Shown here: positions 62,626 through 64,000 of the stretch, in pieces | How positions within the stretch are numbered: position 1 is the stretch's first letter | Layout: each line of letters begins with the position of its first letter | Assembly: GCA_030390025.1 (NCBI GenBank) | Contig: CM059441.1 | Span: 53,196,001-53,260,000 of the forward strand | From: Squalus acanthias | Taxonomy: Eukaryota | Length of the DNA: 64,000 bases | Direction: 5' to 3' | The notes under the pieces: model-generated | The model's input: only the letters and a program-made list of their open reading frames with translations | What the model was told of the DNA's origin: nothing | The model's database searches: none | Position numbers and translations under genes: made by a program

Positions 62626-62760
62626 GTCAGCCATAGCTCAGTGGGTTTAGCACTCTCGCCTCTGAGTCAGAAGGTTGAAGTCCCACTCCAGAGACTTGAG
62701 CAGAAAAATCTAAGCTGATGCTCCCGGTGCAGTACTGAGAGCACTGCACTATTGGAGAGG
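62626..62760 (+). mobile_element. DeuSINE tRNA-like head running into a minisatellite
   Basis: tagctcagtgggtttagcactctcgcctctgagtcagaaggttg..agtcccactccagagacttgagc; same head as 58608 and 53535(-). Confidence 0.8.
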
Positions 62761-63172
62761 CAGTACTGAGGGATCGCAGAACTATTGGAGCGGCAGTACT
62801 GAGAGAGCGCTGCACTGTCAGAAGGGCTATACCGAGGGGCAGTACTGAGGGATCGCTGCACTGTCGGAGGGGCTGTACCGAGGAGCAGTACTGAGGGAGC
62901 GCTGCACTGTCGGAGGAGCTGTACTGAGGGAGCGCTGCACTGTCGGAGGGGCAGTACTGAGGGATCGCTGCACTGTCGGAGGGGCTGAACTGAGGGATCG
63001 CTGCACTGTCGGAGGGGCTGAACTGAGGGATCGCTGCACTGTCGGAGGGGCTGTCCTGAGGGATCGCTGCACTGTCGGAGGGGCTGTCCTGAGGGATCAC
63101 TGCACTGTCGGAGGGGCTGTACTGAGGGAGCGCTGCACTGTCGGAGGATCTGTACTGAGGGATCGCTGCGCT
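62729..63172 (+). repeat. 33-bp minisatellite derived from the start of the SINE Deu core (~13 units)
   Basis: (gtactgagggatcgctgcactgtcggaggggct)n versus SINE gtgctgagggagtgctacactgtcgaaggtgcc at 58725. Confidence 0.92.
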
Positions 63173-63399
63173 GTGTCTTGTAGACCCTGCCTGATCCAGT
63201 CACCCCGATGCTCCTTCCTGGCAAATGCCACTTGAACTCATCTGATGAGTTGGATTGGACAACACAAAGGCAGGTCACGTTGGTCAGATACCGCGTGCAT
63301 TTCGACTCTGACAGAATGACTGCATCATCTGTAAGATGTGATTTGAGGAAAAAGGCCCATTAAATTATCCAGTTTCAGTAGACAGGTACATGAAAGCAA

Positions 63400-63967
63400 T
63401 CGAACATTGGCCTTTATCTCGAGGGTTGGAATACAAAGGGGAGGAAGTTCTGCTGAGCCTTGTACAGAGCCTTGGTCAGACCGTATCTGGAGTATTTCCT
63501 TCAGTTCTGGGCACCGTACCTGAGGAAGGATATATTGGCCTTGGAGGAGTTGCAGCACAGATTCACCAGAATGATACCAGGGCTTAAATTATGAGAACAG
63601 GTTGCATAGACTAGGCTTGTATTTTCTCGAGAATAGAAGATTAGTGGTTTATCTAATCGAGGTGTTGAAGATGATTAAAGGAATTGATCGGGTAGATAGA
63701 GAAAACCTATTTCTTCTGGTGGGGGGAATCCAGAACAAGGGGACACAATCTTCAAATTGGAGCTAGGCCGTTCAGTGGTGATGTCAGGAGGCAGTTCTTC
63801 ACACAAAGGGTGGTGGAAATCTGGAAATCTCCCTAAAATGCTGTGGATCAATTGGAGCTTTCAAGATTGAGATCGATAGATTTGTTGGTAAGGGTATCAA
63901 GGGATATGGAGCAAAGGCAGGTTAATGGAGTTGAGGTACAGATCAGACATGATCTAATTGAATGGCT
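63400..63967 (+). mobile_element. Degenerate CR1 3' fragment, ending just before the terminal stem-loop
   Basis: SRGLEYK..VLLSL; ttcttcacacaaagggtggtggaaatctggaa; gagttgaggtacagatcagacatgatctaattgaatggc. Confidence 0.88.
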
Positions 63968-64000
63968 TGATTGACTGGCTAATTGAATGACTGGGAGTGC

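Noticed and set aside
62627-63278. Long repetitive ORFs (QDSPSDSAAIP; VQPLRQCSDPS)
   Set aside because: Translations of the 33-bp SINE-derived minisatellite.

Overview
Eukaryotic, repeat-saturated DNA that most resembles a cartilaginous fish (shark) genome. The evidence is CR1 LINEs with (CATAAGAA)n-type tails, SacSINE1-like DeuSINEs, Penelope-like elements and a GPR139-like GPCR relic. I cannot support any intact host protein-coding gene. Roughly half of the window is a degenerate 42-bp tandem repeat (consensus AACAGGCTCGAGGGGCTGAATGGCCTCCTCCTGTTCCTATGT) at 1-6241, 19418-51995 and, inverted, 11818-12191. The monomer matches the 3'-terminal stem-loop of the CR1 LINEs present in the same window, which also holds solo (n=1), doubled (n=2) and short-block (n~9) forms of that tail. 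The array has ~4-kb higher-order structure, marked by five co-amplified copies of one LINE fragment. Bases 1-6241 are a near-identical duplicate of 21436-35129 with a 7457-bp deletion. Between the satellite blocks is a nested TE island. It holds a Neptune-type Penelope element with an open RT+GIY-YIG frame and a minimal hammerhead ribozyme motif, and a 208-bp fold-back element with perfect 79-bp arms, its own hammerhead core and a 12-bp TSD. It also holds an Ig V-set fragment, a GPR139-like pseudogene and a TIR element. Right of the array are a CpG/CCAAT-rich candidate bidirectional promoter, SINEs, LINE fragments and two minisatellites, one derived from a SINE core. All calls were made by eye, and boundaries of old repeats are approximate.
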